A DNA stretch of 63,845 nt, the filler included, from Reclinomonas americana ATCC 50394 (lineage: Eukaryota): the NCBI GenBank assembly GCA_048213135.1. It is 10 parts of 4 records of this genome, joined end to end, with 100 filler letters (N's around TTAATTAATTAA, not from the genome) between each part and the next. Parts side by side here need not be neighbours in the genome. Positions count along the whole stretch, not along the records: positions 8,730 to 20,124 come from PS015091.1; positions 20,225 to 26,903 come from PS015091.1; 8 more parts are not named here. One strand, 5' to 3'. The notes below the pieces were generated by a model. That model was not told the origin of the DNA, made no database searches, and saw nothing but the letters and a program-made list of their open reading frames with translations. Positions 10,534 through 22,838 of this stretch are shown here, in pieces. How positions within the stretch are numbered: position 1 is the stretch's first letter; every line of letters starts with the position of its first letter. Position numbers and translations under genes: made by a program.

Positions 10534-13500
10534 ATGCTCTCTGGAGGTGTGGTGAATGCATTGACGTGTGGACATGGCAGACTCGCATCTCGCGTCGTTG
10601 TGGGTCGTCGCTGGTCCAGCACTGGTGCTGGTGCGTTTTGCAGTCAAGGCGGAAAAATTTTCATCGTCACGCAAACACTTCTCTCTCTCCCGCCTGCAGT
10701 GCGGCGGCCCGCGATTGCATACTCTGGCGTTTCGTTCCATCAGATTCGCGAGGAAGGAGCGTTCTATGTTGACAAGACTCTGTGTCTTCTGCCGCTCTTC
10801 CGAGACGTGCGTTGCCCGCCCACCCTGCTCGTTCGACCGCGTCGATTTGGCAAGTCGCTGGCCCTGTCCACGATGCGCGAGTACCTGGATGTTGCCAACG
10901 CGTTGACGCCATCCTTGAAGGAGGTGTGTGTGTGTGGGAGAGAGATGAAGCGTTTACAGTATGCACCTGTCTCTCCCATTCCTCATGTGTGTGTGTGTGT
11001 CGTGCGTGCCTGTCATCGCTAATGTCGCTGCGCTGTGTCAGGAGCTGCGCGCACTCGAACAGAAATCTCGATACGAGAAAAATGACATGGTCAAGTGTGT
11101 GGACGATTGCTTGGCCCTTCGTAGGCAGTCTGTGGAGTCGCTGCATAATCAGGTGTGCAAACCCGGAGAAAGCGTGAAGCATGTTGGCATCTAACTCTCG
11201 TCGGATCGCTGCCAGTTGTTCTCGATGCCCCACCCAGAACGTCTTGAAATGAGCCGCTTTGAGAGCCTGTTCCATGTGTGTGTGCATGCGTGTTGTGCGT
11301 AGAGGTGGCGTTGAGTTTTGCTCACCAGCATATGATCGTGTAGGGTCTTGAGCTCTTCAACCACCTGCATGGCGTGCACAACAACTTTCGTCCCAGCCAG
11401 CACTACGTTGCTTGGCTGGACTTTGCCGAGCTCGCGCTGGCTTCTTCGACGAGGCCAGACGTTGCTCTGGATATGTTTCTCATCCAAAAACTGATGGCCT
11501 TTATTGACGCATACCCGGAGTTTGAACCAGAGCGTGCAGCGGCTGTCTACGGCCATGGCCTGCCGTCCTGGGACCATTTGATCCGGAGTGCCAACAAGAA
11601 AGGGAGAAAGGTTTTGCGTTGTGTTTGCACTTTTGAGTTTTTGTCATGACTCATGCACAGCGTGCAGCTGTGCATCCTTGTGGACGAGATGGACAAGCCA
11701 TTTGTCACGCTTCTCACGGATCGCAGTTATTACGACCGCGTTCTCAAGGGTTGTGGGATGGTTGAGTTTTTCTCGACCATCAAGGGACACTACCAGGCTG
11801 GCAATGTGGCGTTCGTGTTCATGACCGGGTGCGTTGTTGAGGTCTCTCAGTTGTCCATTCACGACGTGCCTCCTCACACCGTGGCACCCTCATACAGAGT
11901 GCTTCCGCATGTTCTCAGCGACCTCACAAGTGGGTTCAACATTGCCGTCAATCGCACACACGACCCCCAGCTGCAGCTTCTTTGCGGACTCACGGACGAC
12001 GAGGTCAAACGGATGCTCGCCGCAACCGTCAGCTTACCTGCTGCGGAGCTGGAACACCATTTCCAAGTGATGAAGCTGTACTACAACGGATTCAACTTTG
12101 TGCGTGCCGTTGAAGGGCAAGTCCAGCAGCAAGTCTCAACGTACTGCACCGACCAGGCCATGGAGTATGTGCGAGTGCGTGTTTGGGAATGGATAGAGTT
12201 TTGTGCAGCGTGTAGGTTACGTCTCACTCGCATGTACCAGGGTCTCACGTCGAAAGTGGATTTGGAGATTGACAACGACCGCGGCGAATTGAGCGACGCC
12301 GTGTTGGATTTTTTCACGCAGAGTTCTAGTGGCCTGGAGGTGTTGGGGGCCATTTCCGACTCCAGGATTACGACGGAGTCAGCCTATCGCGCAGAACCCT
12401 TGCGTTTGTTGATCAAGGGCGACGTGCCGACGGGCGCTCTCTGCGTTGACAATGTGGTTGACGGTGCATATGCCTTTGCGTTGTATATTGGCGCTCTCAC
12501 GTTTTCCTCCACATGCATTCCTGGTCAGTCATGTCGTTCTGTGTCGATTGCGTCAACACACAATCCTCACCTCCCCACATGTGCAGGTCGACTGGCTGTG
12601 CCCAACATGTCGGTGTTTAACCGAGTGGTGGATCGAGTGTTCAAGATGAACCAGTTCAGCAACACCTTTGGCGTGCGCGTTCGTCGTGCACTGCTGGCCT
12701 TCACCATGTATGTCCTGCGTTGGAGGGCTGTGTGAAGTTTCCACCAACCCTCATCTACACGACCGCGACAGGAAGCATGACATTGACGATCTGGTCTTGC
12801 TGACGGAGGAGTCTATTCGGCAGCGGTACCATCTCAGTCTGCGTGAGGAGAACCTGCTGCAACACTTTGTCGGGTTGTTGCGACAGGGTGAGCAACATCT
12901 CGAGTACGTGTTGGAGTTTCCAGTTGAGAAGGCGAGTTGTGTGTCTTATTGTTACCGATTGTGCACTGGTCATTGCAGTCTACCATTGTTTCGCATCCCA
13001 CCTAAAGTTTGCTGCAGACATTACATTTGTATTACAATCTTGTCATCCCTTGCGCTCACGTCGTGCGTGACAGGCAATGCCTGCTCCTGACGGCTGTGTC
13101 GATGTGGCGGTCGTGTATCATCGTGACAAGTGTGTGATTGGCATCAAAATGCGGTGGATGACTCGACTGAAGGACAGCGGTGGTGAGTACCATCAACAAT
13201 CTGTGCCATGCATGGTCTCACTTTACGTCGTCTCAGCTGCGGGAGAGTGGAGCAGAGCAAAGAGGGCTGGTGCAGAGGGAAAAATGGCGGTTGATGCCAA
13301 TGTGGCTTCAGTGTTGGTGAGCTGCCAATCGCTTTCCTTTTTCTGGCAGTCTTCCCTGTGTTACGGTGATGGAAAGGGAACTTACTGTACTCGGCTGGCT
13401 AATCAGCCCACAGATGTTGGCAGCAAGAGTGGCGCTGAACCGGCCGGTTCGTTTAAGGCCAACGGTTGGCTGTATGCTGAAGCCGCAGGAAAGCAAGCTC

Positions 13501-13604
13501 GCAAGTACCGTCGTGGTCTGCAACAGCGCTACCCGGGGTACAAGGTGGTGCTGTTTGTCGTACTCGGCAACAGACTGTGTGTGCGAGGATGGCGTGTGGG
13601 TTAG
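10534..13604 (+). CDS. Bacterial-type AAA-ATPase-like (PF09820-type) protein with C-terminal PD-(D/E)XK-like region; multi-exon
   Basis: Family motifs occur in order: SFHQIREEGAFYVDKT, RPRRFGKSL (Walker A), LDF, ILVDEMDKP (Walker B), FVFMTGV, SGFN, CGLTDDEV, YYNGFNF, GALT, VPN, then DGCVDV...VIGIK and KQARKY. Stop at 13602-13604. Confidence 0.85.
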
Positions 13605-14729
13605 CAGTGGTCGATGAAGCAAAACTGCGACTCCCGGTCCACTCTCTCAATCTATCCACTCACTCCACTCACTCTCTCACTCACTTACTCATTGTTTCAC
13701 TGCATTTTGTGCTCGACAGCGAACATCGTTGGTCCACCTTTCTGCGCCACGATCGGAAAAATGTTGCTGCACTCCTCCATGAATCGCGTGCACCTCTTGA
13801 GCAGCCGCCTCGTCGTGACCAGCCGACGCAGCTGCGACAACAACCAACTCTGTGCAAGCAGAAGGCGCAGCGCGCGCGCGCGTGGCGTCACACCCCACGC
13901 ACGATGGCGATCAATCATGATCATGATGGCCCCCTCGCGATCGGCGTCGTTCATCACGTTCTTCTTCCGATCGCGACCACCAAGCATCGCTGTCTGTCAA
14001 CCATCACTCGCGCAGCACGAGCTCGCGATCGCAGAAAACGCTGGCGCTGTCTCTTCACGAGGAGGATCCGGACACTCGAACACAGGCTGGCGGCCACAAG
14101 CACGTGTTCGAGTTCGAAATCACCTGCACAATCGGAGACCCTTCCCGCATGGCTCGCAATTGCACACGTTGACGTCGAAAACATTCTTTGCCGAGCATCT
14201 GTCGCGCGCGCGCGCGCGCAGAGCTTTGTTGTCTCCCGGTGATCATGTTCTTCACACACCACTGTTCGCACGCGCGTTCATGCGCGTGCTTGAGTGGAGA
14301 CGAGTGCAACACACGCACACTCACTCAATGAAATTTGCGTACGTGGCCACACGCAATATCGGACAAGTGAATATTCGTCGTCACTCGCCAACGAGATGCA
14401 CTCACTCGGTTCCTGCACCCCCTCTCGCGTGTCTTTCTCTCGCCAGCCGTCATGTCGGCATCGTCCACGACCACTCCCCCCTGCGTCTCGTCAATAACAC
14501 GCGACACTGCTCGCGCGCGGGAAGCACTGTCCAAGAATCTAACCTGCATCAAGGTTTTTTAGATTCATCGAGAAAAGCTAAAGCCACTGGCATATCGAGT
14601 GGCGCTTGTTCTCGTGCAGTGCTCGTGTGCGCACCACGCACACACACGCACACACACGCGCGTGTGCCGCACATTCGCTCATCGCTCACTGCATCGCCGT
14701 TTTCTCACTGAGAGAAACAGCGCGCTGCA

Positions 14730-17700
14730 ATGGATGATCGCAGTGGCAAGTTACGTGCACTGTTGCAAGCCGTGCCTCTGCGCCTGCCTGCGTCCATACC
14801 TCTGTGCCCCTGTGCCTCTGTGTGCCTGCGTGTCTGTGTGTCTATGGTTGCCGAGTTTTTCCTTCTGTCCCTTTCTCCATCTTTTCTTCCTCTGCCTCCC
14901 TCTCCCCTTTCCCCCCCTTCCCCCCTTCCCCTCCCCCTCCCCCTTCCCCTGCACACAGTACTGTCACTGGCTCCTGTCACATCTGGTCACTCGATTACAG
15001 GATTTTTTGCGAGTGGGGTCGTGTTCGGGATGGGATTGCCTCTCACTATGCAATGCGCACCTCCCACCCTCTCTCCTCCTCCACACAGTTGGGCTCATCA
15101 CCTTGCAAATCAACACAAGCAACAACAACAAGAGCAACAGCAGCATATTCGGTATCCGCCAGCAACATTCTCTCGAGCTCGAGCTGGACAAGGTGAAAAC
15201 CTCCTTCTACGATCTATTTGAGTGAGTGCTCTCTGACGCACACACACGCACGGTCACATGCACTTGCTTGTGTTTTTTTGTTTTGTTCACAGGCATTGTG
15301 GCCGCGACACTACAACAAGAACAATCTTTCGCATCCGGTATCGTATTTTATTCTTTTTTCTCTCAATGCATGCTTGACTAGGTGTTTACTCTCCGACAAC
15401 CACAGCCATGGAGGCAGCGCACGCACACAGTGTGTTGGGCGCGCTGGGTTTCCTGAGACCAGTGGTGCCGGCGCCGGCCTCCATCGCGAGTTCGAATTCG
15501 AATCATGCCATGTACGCCACTCAGACCGCGTCCCCACAGACACAACCAAGGTGCGTGGAATGGGTAGAAGTGTGTGGAGATAACGGGAATGGGAGAGGGA
15601 GAGACTGTCGGCGAAGGAGAGACGAGAGTGGTCAATGTGGGGTCATGTCCAAGAATCTGTACAAAGCGTGGAGGAAAGACAGGGGACACGAGTGCTGGGT
15701 GGAAGGATGACGATGATGCGAAAAGGGGGGGCAGCAGTGTGACGGTAAAGAGAGAGAGAATGTGGGGTGGAGAAGAGACGAGTGATCAATGTGGTGTGGG
15801 GAGCATGCGCAGAATGGGGACACGAGTGCTGGGTGCAAGGATGTGACGATGATGCGAAAAGAGGACAGCAGTGTGCCGGGAGTGAGAGAGAACGTGGGTA
15901 ATCTAAGTGGAGACAAGAATGCTTTATTCTCAACATGCCAGTTTTGGGAAGAACAGCACGTGAGGCTTGTTTGGCGATCACTGGTTGGCGCTCGTTGTTG
16001 TTTGTGGATCTTTGAGAGTTCTCGGTAACAGTGCGGAGAGAAGAGGAGTAGCGAGTGCAGAGCGCAAATTCGTGAAGAAGATGCGAGAGGAGCAGTTGGA
16101 GAGAGCATGTAGTTGGAGGAGAGGTGGGGACACGAATGATTTATTCTCCTGATCAGCATGCTAGTTTCAGTTGCAGATGCACTCAAGACTTGTTGGCAGA
16201 TGCTTGTCAGAGTGGAAGTTTGTGATCATTTGAACTCGATGCGAGAGGAGGCAGAAATGATCGTGAGCAGGAGAGGCCTGTGATCATTGTGGGGACAGTG
16301 CGGTGGAGAAAGGAGGAGAGACACCAAGTGCAGGGTGGAAGGGTGTCACGTGGGTGCGACAGGAAGGTAGCAGTGTGGTGGGAGAGGGAGAGACTGTGGG
16401 GACTGTCAACCCAGTTCGGTGGTTGTTGGTTCATAGGTGTTCTTTCACTGGACACATACACAGCTGATGGCATCCACCAGCGACCGCGAACAAATCTTGT
16501 GCGCTTTCTTTCGTAGTAGGGATTGGTAAATGTGTCGTCTGCTGTGAGGTGGAGAAAAGAGAAGAGATACGAGTGCTACGAAGGCTGCACAGGAAAACAG
16601 AAGACTCACCTTCCCACTCCCTGTCACTGTTTCCGTGATGTCTGAGTTTCTGGTGCTCTCACTCAAGATGGTGACCGTCATGCAGATGTTGTTGTTGTTC
16701 CCTTCCCCTTCCCTTCCTCCTCCGCATTCCGGATCCCCACTCCCTGCCACCCTCCCCCTTCTCACTTCCCCTTCTCCTTCCCTTCCCCGGTCCCTTCCTC
16801 CTCCCCACTCCCTGTCACCCTTCCCCTTGCCCTTCCCCTTCCCCTCCTCCCCACTCCCAGTCACCCTCCCCCTTCCCCCTCCCCTTCCCCTTCTTACCTC
16901 TCTGCTTGCTGCAGAGTGCTGGACATTCTCAGCGAGGCCGCCGAGCGTGCCAGCATGGGCCCACCCATTCGCTCCTCGCCCTCCTCCTCCTCGTTGCAAC
17001 TACAGCCGTTGCCATCGTCAACCGGATCGGTCGGCAGCTGTCACTCCTCGACGACGACCACAACCACCGTCGAGTGGAACTCACCAAACCCCAGCCTCCC
17101 CGACGAAATGGACACCGCCGCGGCCGATCAACAACAACCGCAGCGACGTCGTCGGCGGCAGCGTGACAGCGATGGAACCAGCAGTGGCAGCTCCGAGTCG
17201 GAGGTGGAGGGCGAGCCGGAGACCAAGAGAAGGAGGCGATCGTCGTCGTCGGGGAGTGGTTCTCGTGTCCGCTCTCTCCCACGTGACGACGGGAAATACC
17301 GCCGGTTCACCAAGGAGGACGTGTCGCGCATGTCCGCTCTCGCCGTGCCGGTGACGTGCTATCCGTTGCGTCGTTGGTTTGGCGAAAGGCAGTCTGTCTG
17401 TCTGTTTTGCTTACTTTTGCGCATCNNNNNNNNNNNNNNNNNNNNACTACTTGTCTCGTTCGTCGTCCTCGCTCTCCTCCTCCTCCCTCCTCTCTCTCTC
17501 TCTCTCTCCTCCCCGATCTCTCTCTCTCTCTAACAGTTGTCTCGTTGATATTATCCTCCAAAGTGTCTGCCGTTCTCATTCTCTTTTCTCCCCTTGAACC
17601 CTGTTTCTGCAGCATCTCTCGCCCACTCTGTCAACTCTGTTTCGCTTTGACGATATTGATATCAACGACGTGTTTGCAGTTCTCATTCTCTTTTCTCCCC

Positions 17701-17973
17701 TTGAACCCTGTTTCTGAAGCCATTTCTCTCGTCCACTCTGTCGACTCTGTTTCTTGATGATGATCTCAACGAATTGTCTGCAGTTGTACGTGTCTCTTTC
17801 ACACCCTCGTCCACTCTGTTAATTCAGCCTCTCACTGACGATATCAACAAAGTGTCTGCAGTTGTCGCTCGCTCCCACTGTTTCACTACTTATTCTAGTT
17901 CATGCAGTTGTCATTTTCTTCCGTCCGCACTTTCAGCTCTGTTTCTCATTGACATTATAATCGTCTCTGCCGT

Positions 17974-18008
<35 letters not shown>

Positions 18009-19305
18009 NNNNNNNNNNNNNNNNNNNNGCCTTCACTCTTTCGACTCTGCTTGTTGTTGATGTTGGCAACGATGTGTCTGCAGTTGTCTCTCTTGCATTT
18101 ACTCTGTTAACACCGCTCTCGTTGATGTTATCCTTCAAAGTCTCTGCAGTTTTCTCGCTCTCTTGTATCGTGATCACTCTGTCAACTCCGTTTCACGTTT
18201 CTGTAGCAGCCACTCTCTCATGAACTCTTTCAACTCTGCTTCTCGTTCATGCTGCAGCTGTCTCTCTCTCCCTCTGTTCCCCGTTGATGTTGCCAACGAG
18301 GCGTCTGCAGTCTTCTCTCTCTATCTCATTCACCCTGCTAACACTGCTCTCGTTTATCCTCCAAGTCTCTGCCCTTCTCTTTCTCTCTTCTCGTCCACTC
18401 CATCAACTTTGTTTCTCGTTCATGAAGCTGTCTCTCTCTCTCTCTCTCTTTCTCCCTCGCTTCCTCCCTCCCATCCCTCCCATCCCTCCCTTCCCTATTT
18501 CCCCTCCCATCCATCCCTTCCCCCATTTCCCTTCCCCTTCTCATTCCTCTTCACAGCATTTACAAGTGGTTCACCCGACGAAAAATGCGCATGGCCAACG
18601 AGATGCGACAAATGCATCGACCAGTAGTGCCTGGTGACGTGACGGGATCTGATGCCACACGTCCTGTAACCACCACCACCCCTCAATCCCCCGCATCTTC
18701 TGGTCCGTGATCTGCTCTGCCACCACCACTCTCCCTTCCCTCTTCTCACTTGCCCTTGTCGTCCAGTTGTCTCACCCCCACTGAAACCCGAGCCCGCATC
18801 ACCCCGCCACACGAGCAGCATGCATGCGCAATACCTTGCAGCGCAGCTGTCGGGCACGCCCTACGGCCTGCCGTCTCCCCTCCTGCCGTCGTACACCCCC
18901 GAGGCGACCGCTGCGTTCATGGTGGCCTCACCACAGTCGGTCACGACAACCTTCTCGCCCCTCATCAGTGCGCATGTGCCAGCGCAGTCGGTGGCCGCCA
19001 TGCTGAGCTCCCACGGCCAGCGGCCAGCGGACCACCACCAGCACCAACAAATGGCGATGATGTATCACAGCCCGACGTACTCGATGTTGTCGCCCGCCGC
19101 CACCGCTGCTGCAATGTCGGCAGTGCCGTACACGTCGTTGCTGTCGCGTTCTGTTCTGCCGACAGCGGCGCCACCACCACCACCACCCCAATCAATCACC
19201 GAGTCCTCGCCAGCTGCGCCCACCAATCCCCCGCCGGCGGCGGCCTCGTTGCATGTATTTGACCCGTATGCTTCCACTCGTTCGTTTACCTCACGCTTTC
19301 CGTGA
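14730..19305 (+). CDS. Atypical homeodomain transcription factor (low-complexity N- and C-termini)
   Basis: Phase-compatible exon chain 14730/15089/15292/15382/16915. N-arm GKYRRFTKEDV at ~17290; helix-3-like exon IYKWFTRRKMR at ~18557; Pro/Ala/Ser-rich last exon. The helix-2 exon was not located (gaps at 17426 and 18009). Confidence 0.5.
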
Positions 19306-19861
19306 TTTCTTGTTTTGCTTGCCCTGTTTCGCTTTTTTTGAATCGCTGCTGTTTTTGTCGTCTTTATTTTTCAATGCGGAAAAAATCTGTGTGTGTGCCG
19401 CGCCCATCGCTTAAGTAAGTGGCGCGGTCACCGCTGTCTCTCACTTTGTGTCTGTGCAATCTGTTTCTTTTTTCATTCGTCGCCATGGCGAGTTTGGTTA
19501 TAAAACCTCTTGCGTGCGAGGGTGTACGTGTACGTGGAGAGGGGATTGACACAGCGGCCGTGTTGACCACCTGTCTGGAGACGCGTAGATTGTCACGTGC
19601 CGTGGTCAAGGGTCAAGGGCCAAGGGGGTTCTTGCAGAAGCGCAGCGCCGGTTTATTTTGTGCGTCGCTGTGAAGATCGATCGCAGTTCTCGACTTACTC
19701 GAAGCTCCGATCGCGAGAGCGAACACACACGCACACAAGAAACCTCCTGCTGCCTCGAGATTGGTGTTTGTGTTGATGTTTTGGATGCGGTTGGACTTGG
19801 TCATCAATTGCAAGACAACTGTTGTTTGTTTGTTGGTGGATGAATTGTGATCCGTGAGGCT

Positions 19862-20071
19862 TCAATTCTCGTTTTCACTAGACTTGGTGATCACCATGCA
19901 GCTCTGTTGCTGTTGCTGCTGCTGCCGCTGCTGCGATAAGTCAGAATATCCAAATCCGAACGTCGATCGATATTGCAGCAATATATCATCACGCGGCTCC
20001 AGCCAACCGTACAGCTGGCAGGAGAAGATGATCGTCTTATACAAATACACCTGCCGCAGCCATCGCAACTG
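19862..20071 (-). CDS. Probable terminal exon of an unidentified gene
   Basis: An acceptor (..gcatcag) is followed by LRWLRQVYLYKTIIFSCQLYGWLEPRDDILLQYRSTFG, a polyQ tract and a stop. No family recognised. Confidence 0.3.
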   Translation of the reverse strand, partial: QLRWLRQVYLYKTIIFSCQLYGWLEPRDDILLQYRSTFGFGYSDLSQQRQQQQQQQSCMVITKSSENEN

Positions 20072-20338
20072 ATGCTTGTCAGAGGAGGAAACGAGTTGTC
20101 TGTCCTCTTTGTCCTCTTTGTCGTNNNNNNNNNNNNNNNNNNNNNNNNNNNNNNNNNNNNNNNNNNNNTTAATTAATTAANNNNNNNNNNNNNNNNNNNN
20201 NNNNNNNNNNNNNNNNNNNNNNNNGAGAGAGAGAGAGGGCATCTGCTGTTGCCTGCAGTGGTGTCGCAGATGTACAAAGACAGAAACACGACAGAGCGCA
20301 GAGAGGACATAGAATGAGAGTGATTGAGGCGAGAACTG

Positions 20339-20378
<40 letters not shown>

Positions 20379-20487
20379 TGCTTGTGTGTCTCTCTCTCTC
20401 GCGCGCTCTCTCTCTCTCTCTGACAACTTCTGTTGGTGAATGCAGTGCTGCAGTGGAAATACAATGCCAGGCAGAATGAGCACAGAA

Positions 20488-20523
<36 letters not shown>

Positions 20524-21711
20524 GAGAGAGGGAGGGAGTGTGAGAGAGAGATCTGCCTTCGAGATCGGTGACCGAGACAACTGCAGATGGTGAATGCATT
20601 GCTGCAGTTGGAGCACAAATGACAGCCTCGTCGCAGAGAATGAACATAGAATGGGAGCGAGAGGAGGAAGAGGATCCAACAAATGCTGCAGCAATGCTTT
20701 TCTTGCTCAACTTGTCCCTCTCCTTCTNNNNNNNNNNNNNNNNNNNNNNNNNNNNNNNNNNNNNNNNNNNNNNNNNNNNNNNNNNNNNNNNNNNNNNNNN
20801 NNNNNNNNNNNNNNNNNNNNNNNNNNNNNNNNNNNNNNNNNNNNNNNNNNNNNNNNNNNNNNNNNNNNNNNNNNNNNNNNNNNNNNNNNNNNNNNNNNNN
20901 NNNNNNNNNNNNNNNNNNNNNNNNNNNNNNNNNNNNNNNNNNNNNNNNNNNNNNNNNNNNNNNNNNNNNNNNNNNNNNNNNNNNNNNNNNNNNNNNNNNN
21001 NNNNNNNNNNNNNNNNNNNNNNNNNNNNNNNNNNNNNNNNNNNNNNNNNNNNNNNNNNNNNNNNNNNNNNNNNNNNNNNNNNNNNNNNNNNNNNNNNNNN
21101 NNNNNNNNNNNNNNNNNNNNNNNNNNNNNNNNNNNNNNNNNNNNNNNNNNNNNNNNNNNNNNNNNNNNNNNNNNNNNNNNNNNNNNNNNNNNNNNNNNNN
21201 NNNNNNNNNNNNNNNNNNNNNNNNNNNNNNNNNNNNNNNNNNNNNNNNNNNNNNNNNNNNNNNNNNNNNNNNNNNNNNNNNNNNNNNNNNNNNNNNNNNN
21301 NNNNNNNNNNNNNNNNNNNNNNNNNNNNNNNNNNNNNNNNNNNNNNNNNNNNNNNNNNNNNNNNNNNNNNNNNNNNNNNNNNNNNNNNNNNNNNNNNNNN
21401 NNNNNNNNNNNNNNNNNNNNNNNNNNNNNNNNNNNNNNNNNNNNNNNNNNNNNNNNNNNNNNNNNNNNNNNNNNNNNNNNNNNNNNNNNNNNNNNNNNNN
21501 NNNNNNNNNNNNNNNNNNNNNNNNNNNNNNNNNNNNNNNNNNNNNNNNNNNNNNNNNNNNNNNNNNNNNNNNNNNNNNNNNNNNNNNNNNNNNNNNNNNN
21601 NNNNNNNNNNNNNNNNNNNNNNNNNNNNNNNNNNNNNNNNNNNNNNNNNNNNNNNNNNNNNNNNNNNNNNNNNNNNNNNNNNNCCTTCTCCTCCTATATC
21701 CCCCTCACCAG

Positions 21712-21938
21712 CTGGTGATGCCAGTGGGAGCCTTCGGCGGCTGGCTCTTCAACGATCGCCTGCAGCGCTGGTGGAGTGGTGAGGAGCCGGAGGAGCAGCA
21801 GCATCGACGCGAGGAGACGCGAAAGAGACTGGAGCGAGAGTCACTGGAGGTGCGTGGTGAGGTGGGAGGGAGGTGGATGGGAAGTGGAAGAGAGAGAGTG
21901 ACGAGTTGGTGCAGGATTTGAAGCGCAAGCTCGAGGCG
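21712..21938 (+). CDS. Two exons of an unidentified protein (short hydrophobic segment plus coiled coil)
   Basis: cag|LVMPVGAFGGWLFNDRLQRWWSGEEPEEQQHRREETRKRLERESLE|gtgcgt..cag|DLKRKLEA|gtgc. Confidence 0.35.
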
Positions 21939-22838
21939 GTGCGGCGGCCGGGGGAGGGTGAGGATGCGGAGACGCGGCGGCAGGAGAGGTGAAATGAAAA
22001 AGAGGAGAGTGGTGGAAGGCAAGAGGAGGGGAACGGGGAAGAGAGGAATGGGAGGGAGACAGAGAGAAGCTTGCAAGGGGACAGATACTCCTTTCTTCGT
22101 CTTCTCCATCTCGTTTTCAGTTTCTTTTTCTCTCTCCTCTTGTTCTTCTCCTTCACTCCTCTCTTGTTGCCATTTTCTCGTCTCTGCATCGCTTGCGTAA
22201 GTTGATCACTTAAGCCGCTCCTTAGCAGGAGATCTGCATGACCGAAACTGGTTGAGATGGTGACAGAACAGAAAGAAGTGTGCCGGCAGGCGGAAGGATG
22301 CGTCTTCCCTTTTCTTTCTCTCCCTGATCTGTGGCCTCTTCTTGTCATCGTATCGCATATTTGAGTTGCTCACTTGAGCCGCTTATCAGCGGTTGAATCA
22401 GGATGAGCAAGACATATAGTATAGAGAGACACGTGCTGGGGTAGGATACCTTTCCCCTCTTTCCTCCTTCTCCCTTCTCTTTTCAGTTTCTCTTTCCCTC
22501 TCTTCCCTTGTCCTCATCCTGACTCTGTTGCATGCCCTCTATCATTCTCCCTGTCGCGTTGTTGCATACGTACTCCACGTTCACCGACCCAGCAACTACC
22601 AAGGTAGAGAGAACCATATGCATGCAAGGAAGTCAGCAAACTGAATGAGAGTCTTCCTTTTCCCTTCTTCACTCTCTCTCTTTTTTGCCCTTGTATATCT
22701 TCCGCTTTCCATCCCCCCTTGGGTATGAAGCAGACGAATGCAGCAAACCAAGTGGAAGGAGCACCTCTTCCCTCCTTTCATTCACGAATGAATACAACAG
22801 CTAGTTGCCTTTATTCCCCCTTCTTCCCCTCTTTCCCG

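Noticed and set aside
9330-10740. Long poly-HT/VC/X ORFs (also 20568-21921, 31692-33028, 57411-58845)
   Set aside because: These are translations through microsatellites and N gaps.
10534-13604. Bacterial contamination as the source of the ATPase-nuclease
   Set aside because: The coding sequence is interrupted by many spliceosomal introns and is contiguous with host-type repeats and genes.
13614-14711. 365-aa + strand ORF and overlapping minus-strand ORFs
   Set aside because: No motifs, and the ORF runs through (GC)n/(CA)n tracts. A small spliced minus-strand gene is possible, but I could not build a supported model.
16460-16500. WASTSDREQIL-like segment as the missing homeodomain helix 2
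   Set aside because: It lies upstream of the helix-1 exon on the same contig, so the order is incompatible.
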